Part shown: positions 13,451-25,720 of the stretch, one piece after another
How positions within the stretch are numbered: the stretch's first letter is position 1
Layout of the letters: every line of letters begins with the position of its first letter
Assembly (NCBI GenBank): GCA_030390025.1
Contig: JASTWF010000330.1
Span: 310,001 to 374,000, forward strand
DNA from: Squalus acanthias
Taxonomy: Eukaryota
Length of the DNA: 64,000 nt
Direction: 5' to 3'
The notes under the pieces: model-generated
The model's input: the letters and a program-made list of their open reading frames with translations, nothing else
What the model was told of the DNA's origin: nothing
Database searches by the model: none
Translations under genes and position numbers: made by a program

Positions 13451-13454
13451 CAGA

Positions 13455-14106
13455 GAATGCTGAAAATACTCAGCAGGTCCGGAGGCATCTATGGAGAGAG
13501 AAACAGAGTTAACGTTTCGTCAGAACTGGAAGAGGTTGGAGATGTAACAGATTTTAAGCAAGTGCAGGGGCCGGGAGAGGAGGGGATTGGAGGGGAGGAA
13601 AGAACAAAAGGGAAGGTCTGTGATAGAACGGAAGGCAGGAGAGATTAAAAGACAAAAGGGATGATGGTGCAAGGCAAAAGGAGATGGTAATGGGACAGGT
13701 TAAGAAGCAAAGGATGAGTCTAGATGGGGTGTAAATGGGAATGGCAGAGACAGCTAACTGCTGCCATGTGGAAAAGATAAGGGGCGGAGGTTATGGGCTG
13801 ATATTGTTGAACTCGATGTTGAGTCCAGAAGGCTGTAAAGTGCCTAATCGAAAGATGAGGTGCTGTTCCTTGAGCTTCTCTGGAATTGTGTAAGAGGCCG
13901 AGGGCGGAGAGGTCAGAGTGGGAGTGGAGCGGAGAATTAAAGTGACAGGTGACCAGAAAGTTAGGGTCACGCTTACGGACTGAACGGAGGTGTTCCGCAA
14001 AGCGGTCACCCAATCTGTGTTTGGTCTACACAATGTAGAGCCCACATTGTGAGCAGCAAATACAGTATACTAAATTGCAAGAAGTACTAGTAAGTCGCTG
14101 TTTCAC
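13455..14106 (-). mobile_element. Penelope-like fragment (duplicate of 7304-7952)
   Basis: Near-identical to 7304-7952; GDRFAEHLRSV and LIFRLGTLQPSGLNIEF peptides. Confidence 0.9.
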
Positions 14107-14108
14107 TT

Positions 14109-17100
14109 GGCATAGTCACACTCACAGCATCATACCTTTCGGCCAACGTCCCAGACTCCTCCATCACCATCCCTGGGTATGTCCTGGACAGGACAGACCC
14201 ACCAGAGTTGGTGACACCGTGGTATATAGTCGGGATACATGGAAAAGAATACATCCTGCTGATTACCACCTACCGCCCTCCCTCAGCTGATGAATCAGTA
14301 CTCCTCCATGTTGAACACCACTTGGAAGAAGCACTGAGAGTAGCAAGGGCACAGAATGTACTCTGGGTGGGGGACTTCATTGTCCATCACCAAGAGTGGC
14401 TCGGTAGCACCACTACTGACCGAGCTGGCCGAGTCCTGAAGGACATAACTGCCAGTCTGGGCCTGTGACAGGTGGTGAGGGAACCAACACGAGAGGAAAA
14501 CCTTCTTGGCCTTGTCCTCATCAATCTACCTGTCGCAGATGCATCTGTCTATGATGGTATTTGTAGGAGTGACCACCGCACAGTCCTTGTGGAGACGAAG
14601 TCCCATCTTCAAACTGAAGACACCCTCCATTGTGTGGCGTGGCACTACCACCGTGCTAAATGGGATAGATTCAGAACAGATCTAGCAGCTCAACTGGGTA
14701 TCCATGAGGCGCTGTGGGCCATCAGCAGCAGCAGAATTGTATTCCACCACAATCTGTAACCTCATGACCCGGCATATCCCTCACTCTACCATTACCACCA
14801 AGCCAGGGGACCAACCCTGGTTCAATAAGGAGTGTAGAAGAGCATGCCAAGAGCAGCACCAGGTGTACCTGAAAATGCGGTGCCAACCTGGGGAAGCTGC
14901 AGCACAGGACTACATGCATGCTAAACAATGGAAGCAGCATGCTATAGACAGAGCTAAGCGATCCCACAATCAACAGATCAGATCAACACTCTGCAGTCCT
15001 GCCACATCCAGCCGTGAATGGTGGTGGACCATTAAAAAATAACTGGAGGAGGAGGCTCCATGAATATCCCCATCCTCAATGATGGTGAAGCCCAGCGTGA
15101 GTGCAAAAGACAAGGCTGAAGCGTTTGCAACCATCTTCAGCCAGAAGTGCCGAGTGGATGGTCCATATCGGCCTCCTCCTGAGGTCTCCACCATCACAGA
15201 AGCCAGTCTTCAGCTAATTCGATTCACTCCATGAGATATCAAGAAACGGCTGAGCGCACTGGATACAGCAAAGGCTATGGGCCCTGACAACATCCCGGCT
15301 GTCGTGCTGAAGACTTGTGCTCCAGAACTAGACGCGCCTCTAGCCAAGCTGTTCCGGTACAGCTACAACACTGGCATCTATCCGACAATTTGGAAAACTG
15401 CCCAGGTATGTCCTGTCCACAAAAAGCAGGACAGATCCAACCCGACCAATTACCGCCCCAAGCGCCAGAGCGGAAGATTGGGAACAGTTTAAGATAGAGC
15501 AAAGGAGGACAAAGGGCTTAATCAAGAGGGGCAAAATAGCTTACGAAAGCAAGCTGGCGGAAAATATAAAAACTAACTCCAAAAGCTTTTATAAGTATAT
15601 CAAGAGGAAAAGACTGGTGAAAACCAAAGTTGGTCCATTGCAGTCAGATACGGGGGAATATATAACGGGAAATAAGGAAATGGCAGACCAACTAAATGCA
15701 TACTTTGGGTCAGTCTTTACGAAGGAAGACACAAAAAACCTCCCTGGGATATCGGGAAAAATAGGGACATTGGCAAAGGAGGAACTGACGCAAATCAATA
15801 TCTCTAAGGATATGGTGTTAAGGAAGCTAAAGGGATTGAAGGCGGACAAATCCCCAGGGCCTGATAACATGCATCCTAGGGTACTGAAGGAGGTGGCCCT
15901 AGAGATAGCGGATGCACTAAGTATGATTTTTCAGAATTCATTAGACTCGGGAACGGTGCCCATGGATTGGAGGGTAGCTAACGTTACCCCACTATTCAAA
16001 AGGGGGGTAGGGAAAAAGCAGGTAATTACAGACCTGTAAGCCTTACATCAGTTGTGGGCAAAATGCTGGAGTCCATCATTAAGGATGAAATAGCGGAGCA
16101 CTTAGCAAATGGGGACAGGATAGGACAGAGTCAACATGGATTTACAAAGGGTAAATCGTGCTTGACGAATCTATTGGAATTTTTTGAGGGAGTAACTGGT
16201 AAAATAGATGGGGGAGAGCCAGTAGATGTGGTGTACCTGGACTTCCAAAAGGCCTTCGACAAGGTCCCACGTAAAAGATTAGCATGGAAAATTGAAGCTC
16301 ATGGGATAAAGGGGAAAGTATTGACGTGGATAGAGAACTGGCTGTCAGATAGAAAACAGAGAGTTGGAATAAACGGCTCATTTTCTGAATGGCAGGCAGT
16401 AACAAGTGGGGTACCACAGGGATCTGTCCTGGGTCCCCAGCTGTTCACAATTTACATTAATGACCTGGATCAGGGAGTCGGATGCAGCATTTCCAAATTT
16501 GCAGACGATACTAAACTAGGAGGGGGGGGTGGGCTCAGAGGAGGAGACCAGGAAGCTCCAGAGCGATTTGGACAGACTGGGTGATTGGGCGGATAAATGG
16601 CAGATGCACTATAATGTGGACAAGTGCGAAGTTATCCACCTTGGGTGCAGGAACGGGAGGGCAAATTATTATTTAAATGGCAATAAATTGGGAGAGGGGG
16701 AAGTACAGAGAGACCTGGGTGTTCTTGTACACCAGTCACTGAAGGCGAGCATGCAGGTGCAACAGGCGGTCAAGAAGGCAAACGGTATGCTGGCCTTCAT
16801 AGCAAAAGGGTTGGAATACAGGAACAGGGATACCTTGCTGCAGCTGTACAGGGCACTGGTGAGACCACACCTCGAGTACTGTGTACAGTTTTGGTCGCCT
16901 CATCTGAGGAAAGATGTTCTTGCCATGGAGGGGGTGCAGCGGCGATTCACCAGGCTGATACCAGGAATGGCGGGATTGACCTATGAGGAGAGACTATGTA
17001 GTTTAGGGATGTACACACTGGAGTTTAGAAGATTGAGAGGGGACCTCATAGAAGTGTATAAAATTCTGACAGGTCTAGACAGACTAGATGCAGAAGGAAT

Positions 17101-18915
17101 GTTTCCCTTGGCGGGTGAGAACAGAACTAGAGGACATCATTTAAGGATAAGGGCTAAACCATTTAGGACAGAAATGAGGGGGAATTTCTTCACTCAGAGG
17201 GTGGTGAACCTGTGGAACTCATTGCCACAGAGGGCAGTGTACGCCAGCTCATTAAATATATTTAAGAGGGAATTAGATATATTTCTACAGGCAAAAGGGG
17301 TTAAGGGTTACGGAGAGAAGGCGGGGACGGGATACTGAATTGGAGGATCAGCCATGATCTCATTAAATGGCGGAGCAGGCTCGAAGGGCCGGATGGCCTA
17401 CTCCTGCTCCTATCTTCTATGTATCTATGTATCTATGTATCAGTCTACTTTCAATCATCAGCAAAGTGATGGAAGGTGTCGTTGACAGTGCAATCAACAG
17501 GCACTTACCAATAACCTGGCTCAAAATCCTGGAACACCCTCCCTAACAGCACTGTGGGAGTACCTTCACCACACGGACTGCAGCGGTTCAAGAAGGCAGC
17601 TCACCACCACCTTCTCAGAGGCAATTAGGGATGGGCACTAAATGCTGGCCTTGCCGGCGACGCACACATCCCATAAACGAATTTAAATAAAACCTGCTCA
17701 CCGAGGCTCAGTTTGGGTTCTGCCAGAACCACTCGGCTCCAGACGTTATTACAGGCTTGGTATAAACATGGACAAAAGAGCTGAATTCCAGAGGTGAGGT
17801 GAGAGTGACTGCCCTTGACATCAAGGCAACATTTGACCGAATGTGGCTGAAGGAGCCCTAGTCAAACTGAAGTCAATGAGAAACGGGTAAAACTCTCCAC
17901 TGGCTGGAGTCATACCTAGCACAAACGAAGATGGTTCTGGTGGTTGGAGGTCAATCATCTCAGCCCCAGGACATTGTTGCAAGCTTCCACAGGGCAGTGT
18001 CCTCGGCCCAACCATCTTCAGCTGCTTCATCAATGACCTTCCCTCCATCATAAAGTCAGTTTGCTGATTGCACAGTGTTCAATTCCATTTGCAACTCCTC
18101 AGATAATGAAGCAGTCCGTGCGCGTATGCAACAAGACCTGGACAACATCCAGGCTTGGGCTGATGAGAGGCAAGTAACATTCGTGCCACACAAGTGCCAT
18201 GCAATGACCATCTCCAAAAAGAGAGTCTAACCACTTACTGTTGACATTAAAAGGCATTATCATCGTCAAATCCCTCACCATCAACATCCTGGTGGTCACC
18301 ATTGACCAGAAACTTAACTGGACCAGCCACATAAATACTGTGGCAACAAGAGCAGGTCAGAGGCTGGTTATTCTGTGACGAGTGTCTCACCTCCTGACTC
18401 CCCAAATCCTTTCTACCATCTACAAGGCACAAGTGAGGAGTGTGATGGAATACTCTCCACTTGCCTGGATGAGTGCAGCTCCAACAACACTCAAGAAGCT
18501 CGACGCCATCCAGGACAAAGCAGCCCACTTGATGGGCACTCCAACCACCACCTTAAACATTCACTCCCTCCACCACCGGCGTACCGTGTCTGCAGTGTGT
18601 ACCATCTACAAGATGCACGGTAGCAACTCGCCAAGGCTTCTTCAAACCCGCGACCTCTTCCACCTAGAAGGACAAGGGCAGCAGGCGCATGGGAACACCA
18701 CCACCTCCAAGTTCCACACTATCCTGACTTGGAAATATATCGGCCGTTCCTTCGTCGTCGCTGGGTCAAAATCCTGGAACTCCCTCCCTAACAGCACTGT
18801 GGGAGTAGCTTCACCACACGGACTGCAGCGGTTCAAGGCGGAGGCTCACCACCACCTTCTCAAGGGCAATTAGGGATGGGCAATAAAAGCTGGCATTGCC
18901 AGCGACGCCCACATC
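14109..18915 (+). mobile_element. APE-RT LINE remnants (duplicate of 7955-9540 with extra RT/3' region), interrupted by the CR1 at 15460-17440
   Basis: ORFs 14208-14468, 14472-14759, 14704-15042, 15277-15492 and 18382-18873 (YKAQVRSVMEYSPLAW...KSWNSLP); 3' tail present twice (about 17520-17690 and 18765-18915). Confidence 0.88.
15460..17440 (+). mobile_element. Young 5'-truncated CR1 LINE, same subfamily as 9914-11460
   Basis: ORFs 15617-16039, 16054-16584 and 16529-17338, broken by homopolymer frameshifts; (TATCTATG)n tail; splits the LINE sequence CCCCATCAGTC that is intact near 9306. Confidence 0.96.
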
Positions 18916-19119
18916 TCGAGAGACAATCCTTGGGCTGAACTCATTGTACTTCCACCCCACTCCTTCAATTTAGTATTATTTCACTCCCCAGTGCTGACGG
19001 GATTGTAGGGACAGCGAAAACCCACCCATATAAGAGACAAATCCCACCCATATCAGTAATGGGTCAGTATTGGGTAATCAGCTGTGTATTTTTTTTAATG
19101 CAGTCACGGGACATGGACA

Positions 19120-19502
19120 TCGTTGGAAAGGCCAGCATTTATTGGCCATCCCTAATTGCCCTCAAGAAGGTGGTGGTGAGCCGCCTTCTTGAAACAACTG
19201 AGTGTCTCGCTCGGCCATTTCAGAGGGCAGTTAAGAGTCAACCACATTGCTGTGGGCCTGGAGTCACATATAGGCCAGACCAGGTAAGGACAGCAGATTT
19301 CCTTCCCGAAAGGACATTAGTGAACCAGATGGGTTTTTACGACAATCTCTTAGTTACATGATACTAGATTTTTGTCCCAGATTCATTTAATTAACTGAAT
19401 TTAAATTCCCCAGCTGCCGTGGCAGGATTTGAACTCACCATCTCCAGATCATTAATACAGGCCTCTGGACTACTGGTCCAGTAAGATAACCGCTACTGTA
19501 CC
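19120..19502 (-). mobile_element. tRNA-derived SINE, uninterrupted paralogue of 9730-11680
   Basis: Colinear with 9730-9912 plus 11461-11680. Confidence 0.75.
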
Positions 19503-19619
19503 CCTAAAGGTATGTTGGAACTTTAATGGGCACTGAGTGTCAGAGAGAGAATATTGACAGGATGAAGCCCTCCCATATCAGTAATGGGTCAGTACTGGGC
19601 AATGGTTTATCAATAACGG

Positions 19620-20408
19620 TAGGAAAAACAGGAAGGCAGAGTATTATTGAAATGGTGATAGATTGGGAAATGCTGATGTACAAAGGGACCTGGGTGTCCT
19701 TGTACACCAGTCACTGAAAGCAAACATGCAGGTGCAGCAAGCAGTTAGGAAAACAAATGGTGTGTTGGCCTTCATTGCAAGATGATTTGAGTACAGGAGC
19801 AAGGATGTCTTACTACAGCCTTGGTGAGACCACACCTGGAGTACGGTGTACAGTTTTGGTCTCCTTACCTAAGAAAGGATATACTTGCCATAGAGGGAGT
19901 GCAGCGAAGGTTCACCAGACTGGTTCCTGGGATGGCAGGACTGTCGTATGAGGAGAGATTGGGTCGAGTAGGCCTGTATTCACTAGCGTTCAGAAGAATG
20001 AGAGGGGATCTCATTGAAAGGTGTAAAATTCTGACAGGGCTAGACAGACTGGATGTAGGGAGGATGTTTCCTCTGGCTGGGGGCTCTAGAACGAGGGGTC
20101 ACAGTCTCAGGATACGGGGTAGGACATTTAGGACTGAGATGAGGAGAAATTTCTTCACTCAGAGGATGGGGAACCTGTGGAATTCTCTACCACAGAAGGC
20201 TGTGGAGGCCAAGTCACTGAATATATTTAAGAAGGAGATAGATAGATTTCTAGACACAAAATGCATCAAGGGGTATGGGGAGAGAGCGGGAATATGGTAT
20301 TGAGATAGAGGATCAGCCATGATCGTATTGAATGGCGGAGCAGGCTCGAAGGGCAGAATGGCCTAATCCTGCTGCTATTTTTCTATGTTTCTATATTCCA
20401 TGTTTCTA
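19620..20408 (+). mobile_element. CR1 3' fragment (paralogue of 11795-12577)
   Basis: ORF 19821-20303, CR1 ORF2 C-terminus; same flanks as the first copy. Confidence 0.92.
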
Positions 20409-20764
20409 TAACCCCCTCTGCTGTACAGACGGCGCTAATCCTTCGCCAAATGCACCCTCGGTGATGCTTGACTAGATTAAAATGCAGAGACCATCGCAGT
20501 CCCTTTACTGTCCCAATGTTAGCGGGTGAGCTGCAGTCAGAGTCTGGGACATTGACGTGTGGTCAGGTGCCTCACAGTGTTGCGTGTCCTGGTTACACAA
20601 ACATTCTCCCAGCTCTCGCTCTCTCCTCACTCTGGTTTGCATATGTTGCTAAATGTGGACCTGTGGCCCATCAGCAGATCTTATCTGTGTCACTGATAAG
20701 AAGAGTCGATTGTTCTCAGTCTGTGAGCATTCTCTGGAAAGCACAACACCCTCCCACTTTTTAT

Positions 20765-21772
20765 AAAAGTGAGAAGTCGCACAACACCAGGTTATAGTCC
20801 AACAGTTTTATTTGAAATCACAAGCTTTCGGAGTTGCTGCCCCTTCGTCGGGTGAAGTGAAGGAATACGATTCGGCAAAGCATATATAGTCAGAGAACAA
20901 TGCCTGTGTAGCATACAATGTCAGACGACTATATTTTATCTTTCTGACTGCCTTTCATCGCACCTCGGCAGAGAAACAATCAGGTCAGCCAGGAAGGCAT
21001 CACATCAAAGACATGGCAAGATACAACTGAGACAATGAGGTGGGGTCACAGGGGGTCTAATGTGTCAAATGCAGTCTGTATGGAAACCATAAACTTTAAC
21101 ATTTTTACTTTTTTTTACTGGAAATCACATCTGTGAACAAGCCAACGACGACTCCATTCTGGATGACTCTACGTCATGTAGCGTGACATGAACCCAAGAT
21201 CCCGGTTGAGGCCGTCCTCATGGGAGCGTAACTTGGCTATCAGTTTCTGCTCGATGATTTTGCGTTGTCGTGTGTCTCGAAGGCCGCCACAACCGAGATC
21301 TTGGGTTCATGTCACGTTACATGACGTAGAGTCATCCAGACTCGAGTCGTCGTTGGCTTGTTCACAGATGTGATTTCCAGTAAAAAAAGTAAAAATGTTA
21401 AAGTTTATAGTTTTCCATACAGACTGCATTTGACACATTAGACCCCCTGCGACCCCAACTCATTGTCTCAGTTGTATCTTGCTATGTCTTTGATGTGGTG
21501 CCTTCCTGGCTGACCTGATTGTTTCTCTGCCGAGGTGTGATAAAAGGCAGTCAGAAAGATTAACTGTAGTCATCTGGCATTGTACGTTACACAGGCATTG
21601 TTCTCTGTCTATATATTCTTTGCTGATTCGTATTCCTTCACTTCACCTGACGAAGGGGCAGCAGCTCCGAAAGCTTCTGATTTCAAATAAAACTGTTGGA
21701 CTATAACCTGGTGTTGTGCGACTTCTCACTTTTGTCCACCCCAGTCCAACGCCGGCATCTCCGCATCATGGC
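20765..21772. mobile_element. Penelope-like (Neptune-type) insertion forming an inverted repeat with ~448-bp arms
   Basis: Arms at 20765-21212 and 21286-21733; minus strand encodes GLRDTRQRKIIEQKLIAKLRSHEDGLNRDLGFMSRY (GIY-YIG C-terminus); ACTTTTTA duplicated on both sides; empty site near 12925. Confidence 0.9.
21642..21680 (+). ncRNA. Minimal hammerhead ribozyme motif in the Penelope terminal repeat (mirror copy on the minus strand near 20818-20858)
   Basis: TCAC-CTGACGA-A-GGGGC-AGCA-GCTCC-GAAA-GCTT: CUGANGA and GAAA cores around a 5-bp stem II. Confidence 0.7.
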
Positions 21773-21830
21773 TACTTTTTACAGGCCAACATTGTCACAG
21801 TATCAGCTGTGACTCAGTGGTTAGCACACT

Positions 21831-22023
21831 GAGCGGAAGCCAAGCGCAAGGAGCGCACGTCAACCCAAGCACCCCACCCACCCGCCCCTTCAACCACCGT
21901 CTGCCCCACCTGTGACAGAGACTGTCGGTCCCGCATTGGACTCATCAGTCACCTGAGAACTCATTTTTAATGTGGAAGCAAGTCATCCTCAGTTCCGAGG
22001 GACTGTCTAAGAAGAAGAAGAAG
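21831..22023 (+). mobile_element. RTE-type LINE 3' end (paralogue of 12982-13174)
   Basis: Perfect AGCACACT target duplication; zinc finger and (AAG)n tail. Confidence 0.82.
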
Positions 22024-22121
22024 AGCACACTCGCCTCTGAGTCAGAAGGTTGTGGGTTCAAGTCCCACTCCAGGGGCTTGCGCACATAAATCTAGGCGGA
22101 CACTCCCAGTGCTTTGCTGCG

Positions 22122-23731
22122 GGAGTGCTGCACTGTCGGAGGGGCAGTACTGAGGGAGCGCCGCACTGTCGGAGGGACAGTACTGAGGGAGCGTCGCACT
22201 GTCGGAGGGGCAGTACTGAGGGAGCGCCGCACTGTCGGAGGGACAGTACTGAGGGAGCGCCGCACTGTCGGAGGGGCAGTACTGAGGGAGCGCCGCACTG
22301 TCGGAGGGACAGTACTGAGGGAGCGCCGCACTGTCGGAGGGGCAGTACTGAGGGAGCGCCGCACTGTCGGAGGGACAGTACTGAGGGAGCGCCGCACTGT
22401 CGGAGGGGCAGTACTGAGGGAGCGCCGCACTGTCGGAGGGACAGTACTGAGGGAGCACCGCACTGTCGGAGGGGCAGTACTGAGGGAGCGCCGCACTGTC
22501 AGAGGGACAGTACTGAGGGAGTACTGCACTGTCGGATGGACAGTACTGAGGGAGTGCTGCAGTGCTGAGGGAGCGCTGCACTGTCGGAGGGGTAGTACTG
22601 AGGGAGTGCTGCAGTGCTGAGGGAACGCTGCACTGTCGGAGGAGCAGTACTGAGGGAGTGCTGCACTGTCGGATGGACAGTACTGAGGGAGTGCTGCAGT
22701 GCTGAGGGAGCGCTGCACTGTCGGAGGGGTAGTATTGAGGGAGTGCTGCAGTGCTGAGGGAGCGGTGCACTGTCGGAGGGGCAGTACTGAGGGAGTGCTG
22801 CACTGTTGGAGGGGCAGTGCTGAGGGAGCGCTGCACTGTCGGAGGGGCAGTACTGAGGGAGTGCTGCACTGTCGGATGGACAGTACTGAGGGAGAGCCGC
22901 ACTGTCGGAGGGGCAGTGCTGAGGGAGCACCACACTGTCGGAGGGGCAGTGCTGAGGGAGTGCTGCACTGTCGGAGGGGCAGTACTGAGGGAGCGCCGCA
23001 CTGTCGGAGGGACAGTACTGAGGGAGCGCCGCACTGTCGGAGGGGCAGTACTGAGGGAGCGCCGCACTGTCGGAGGGACAGTACTGAGGGAGCGCCGCAC
23101 TGTCGGAGGGGCAGTACTGAGGGAGCGCCGCACTGTCGGAGGGACAGTACTGAGGGAGCGCCGCACTGTCGGAGGGGCAGTACTGAGGGAGCGCCGCACT
23201 GTCGGAGGGACAGTACTGAGGGAGTGCTGCACTGTCGGATGGACAGTACTGAGGGAGTGCTGCAGTGCTGAGGGAGCACTGCACTGTCGGAGGGGTAGTA
23301 CTGAGGGAGTGCTGCATTGCTGAGGGAACGCTGCACTGTCGGAGGGGAAGTACTGAGGGAGTGCTGCACTGTCGGATGGACAGTACTGAGGGAGTGCTGC
23401 AGTGCTGAGGGAGCGCTGCACTGTCGGAGGGGTAGTACTGAGGGAGTGCTGCAGTGCTGAGGGAGCGCTGCACTGTCGGAGGGGCAGTACTGAGGGAGTG
23501 CTGCAGTGTCGGAGGGGCAGTGCTGAGGGAGCGCTGCACTGTCGGAGGGGCAGTACTGAGGGAGTGCTGCACTGTCGGATGGACAGTACTGAGGGAGTGC
23601 TGCACTGTCGGAGGGGCAGTACTGAGGGGGTGCTGCACTGTCGGATGGACAGTATTGAGGGAGTGCTGCAGTGCTGAGGGAACGCTGCACTGTCGGAGGG
23701 GCAGTACTGAGGGAGTGCTGCACTGTCGGAG
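22122..23731. repeat. 33-bp minisatellite (ACTGTCGGAGGGGCAGTACTGAGGGAGCGCCGC)n with shorter variant units, derived from DeuSINE sequence
   Basis: Tandem periodicity; the unit equals the single-copy SINE segment at about 13261-13294. Confidence 0.97.
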
Positions 23732-24389
23732 GTGCCGTCTTTCGGATGAGATGTTAAACCGAGGCCCTGTCTGCTCTCTCAGGTGGACGTAAAAGATCCC
23801 ATGGCCACTATTTCGAAGAAGAGCAGGGGAGTTCTCCCCGGTGTCCTGACCAATATTTATCCCTCAACCAACATAACAAAAACAGATACAGAGAATGCTG
23901 GAAATACTCAGCAGGTCCGGAAGCATCTATGGAGAGACAAACAGAGTTAACATTTCACGTTGCTGTTTGTGGGATCTTGCTGTGCGCAGATTGGCTGCCG
24001 CGTTTCCCAAAGTAAAGCGCTTTGAGACGTCCGGTGGTTGTGAAAGGCGCTATATAAATGCAAGTCTTTCTTTTATCGCCGATGTGCTGAGGAGATGAAG
24101 ATGGACGTCCCTCCGTTAGCCTATCTGGATCATTCTGCTTCTGCCTATTTCCCTGTCTCAACAATCTCCTATTACTGATGTGGGAGTGAGTGAGTGAATA
24201 TTCTCTCTCTAACACTCAGTGTCCATGAAAGTTCAATGTACACAGCCCATTCCCCATTACTGTCCATAACATGCTCAGACCCTCCCCCAGTTCCAATCTC
24301 CCTACACCCCTTTATGCTGGGCATCTGAAAACCAGTTAAGTCACAGCACCAACGCCCAGCTGCTTACCATGGGCCCAGGAGCGATGTTT

Positions 24390-25070
24390 AACATAGAAGA
24401 TAGGAGCAGGAGTAGGCCATTCGGCCCCTCGAGCCTGCTCCGCCATTTAATGAGATCATGGCTGATCATCCAAACTCAGTACCCTGTACCTGCCTTCTCC
24501 CCATATCCCTTGGTCCCTTTAGCCTTAAGAAATATATCTAACTCTTTCTTGAATATATTTAATGAATTGGCCTCAACTGCCTTCTGTGGTAAAGAATTCC
24601 ACAGGTTCACCACTCTCTGGGTGAAGAAATTCCTCCTCATCTCAGTCCTAAATGGCTTACCCCTTATCCTTAGACTGTGACCCCTGGTTCTGGACTCCCC
24701 GACCATCGGGAACATCCTTCCTGCATCTAGTTTGTCCAGTCCTGTTAGAATTTTATAAGTTTCAATGAGATCCCCTCTCATTCTTCTAAACTCCAGTGAA
24801 TATAAGCCCAATCGACCCAATCTCTCTTCTTACATCATTCCTGCCATCCCAGGTATCAGTCTGGTGAATCTTCGCTGCACTCCCTCCATGGCAAGAACAT
24901 CCTTCCTCAGATAAGGCGACCAAAACTGCACACAATACTCAAGGTGTGGTCTCACCAAGGCCCTGTACAACTGCGGCAAAACATCCTTGTTCCTGTACTC
25001 AAATCCTCTCGCTATGAAGGCCAACATACCATTTGCCTTCTTAACCGCCTGCTGCACCTGCATGCTTACC
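24390..25070 (-). mobile_element. CR1 3' fragment
   Basis: ORFs 24830-25063 and 24476-24820; closely similar to 58482-59165. Confidence 0.93.
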
Positions 25071-25619
25071 TCGTTTGTTTATCTCAGGTTATTTCAGTAA
25101 AAGTCTTTAATTTGCATGGATTCCGCCATATTGTAGATCATTAATACATGATAATGTGTCAGCCAACCAGCACTGCCGCCAGTCACACGTGACCCCGATG
25201 TGATCGGTAACGGTGGATGAGCTGTCACTGACCGACTACCGCTCACAGCAGATTGTATCTGAGACTGAGGAGGGTGCAGGTGAACTGAGCAAACTCCATC
25301 TCACACAGCGACACTGCCTTTGCAGACTCTGGTAAGCAGTTGGGTATGAATGAACTTTTAGAACAAGTGCAGAAGTTTGTCGCTAGCTAGGTAGGGGCTC
25401 AGGGGTGTGTGTACTGTTCGTCCTGTCCCAATCCCGGGCTCAGTAAGGTCCTGTATTAGGATATGAGAAAGGGGTCAATACAGGGAGACTGGAGAGGGTC
25501 CTGGAGGAGAATCGGCAGGTCAGGAACACACGCGACTGAATCATTGCGGGTTTGGAGGGTGGACAGAGAAACAAGGAGGGATTGGAGTCAAGGAATTGGT
25601 GTTTATCAAGGACATGTAA

Positions 25620-25720
25620 GGAGGTGGAGCTCCCCTCTATCTGTTGTGGTCCCAGTGAGGGAGAGAGGTGGAGCTCACCTCTGTCTGTTGTGATCCCAAA
25701 GAGGGAGAGAGGTAGAGCTC
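25620..25720. repeat. Left remnant (about 2 units) of the 44-bp minisatellite that continues at 33029
   Basis: GAGGTGGAGCTCCCCTCTATCTGTTGTGGTCCCAGTGAGGGAGA units. Confidence 0.9.

Larger units (their letters stand above)
21805..24074 (+). mobile_element. Full DeuSINE, expanded by an RTE insert, an internal minisatellite and a short Penelope piece (about 23890-23956)
   Basis: Head at 21805-21830 and 22024-22110, Deu core at 23720-23885, tail GAAAGGCGCTATATAAATGCAAGTCTTTCTTT near 24042-24073. Confidence 0.85.

Noticed and set aside
22042..23792. Long ORFs (up to 543 aa) on both strands
   Set aside because: Translation artefacts of the stop-poor 33-bp SINE-derived repeat.
25140..25340. Possible host exon ending in GTAAG
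   Set aside because: Only a donor-like motif; no recognisable reading frame or partner exons.
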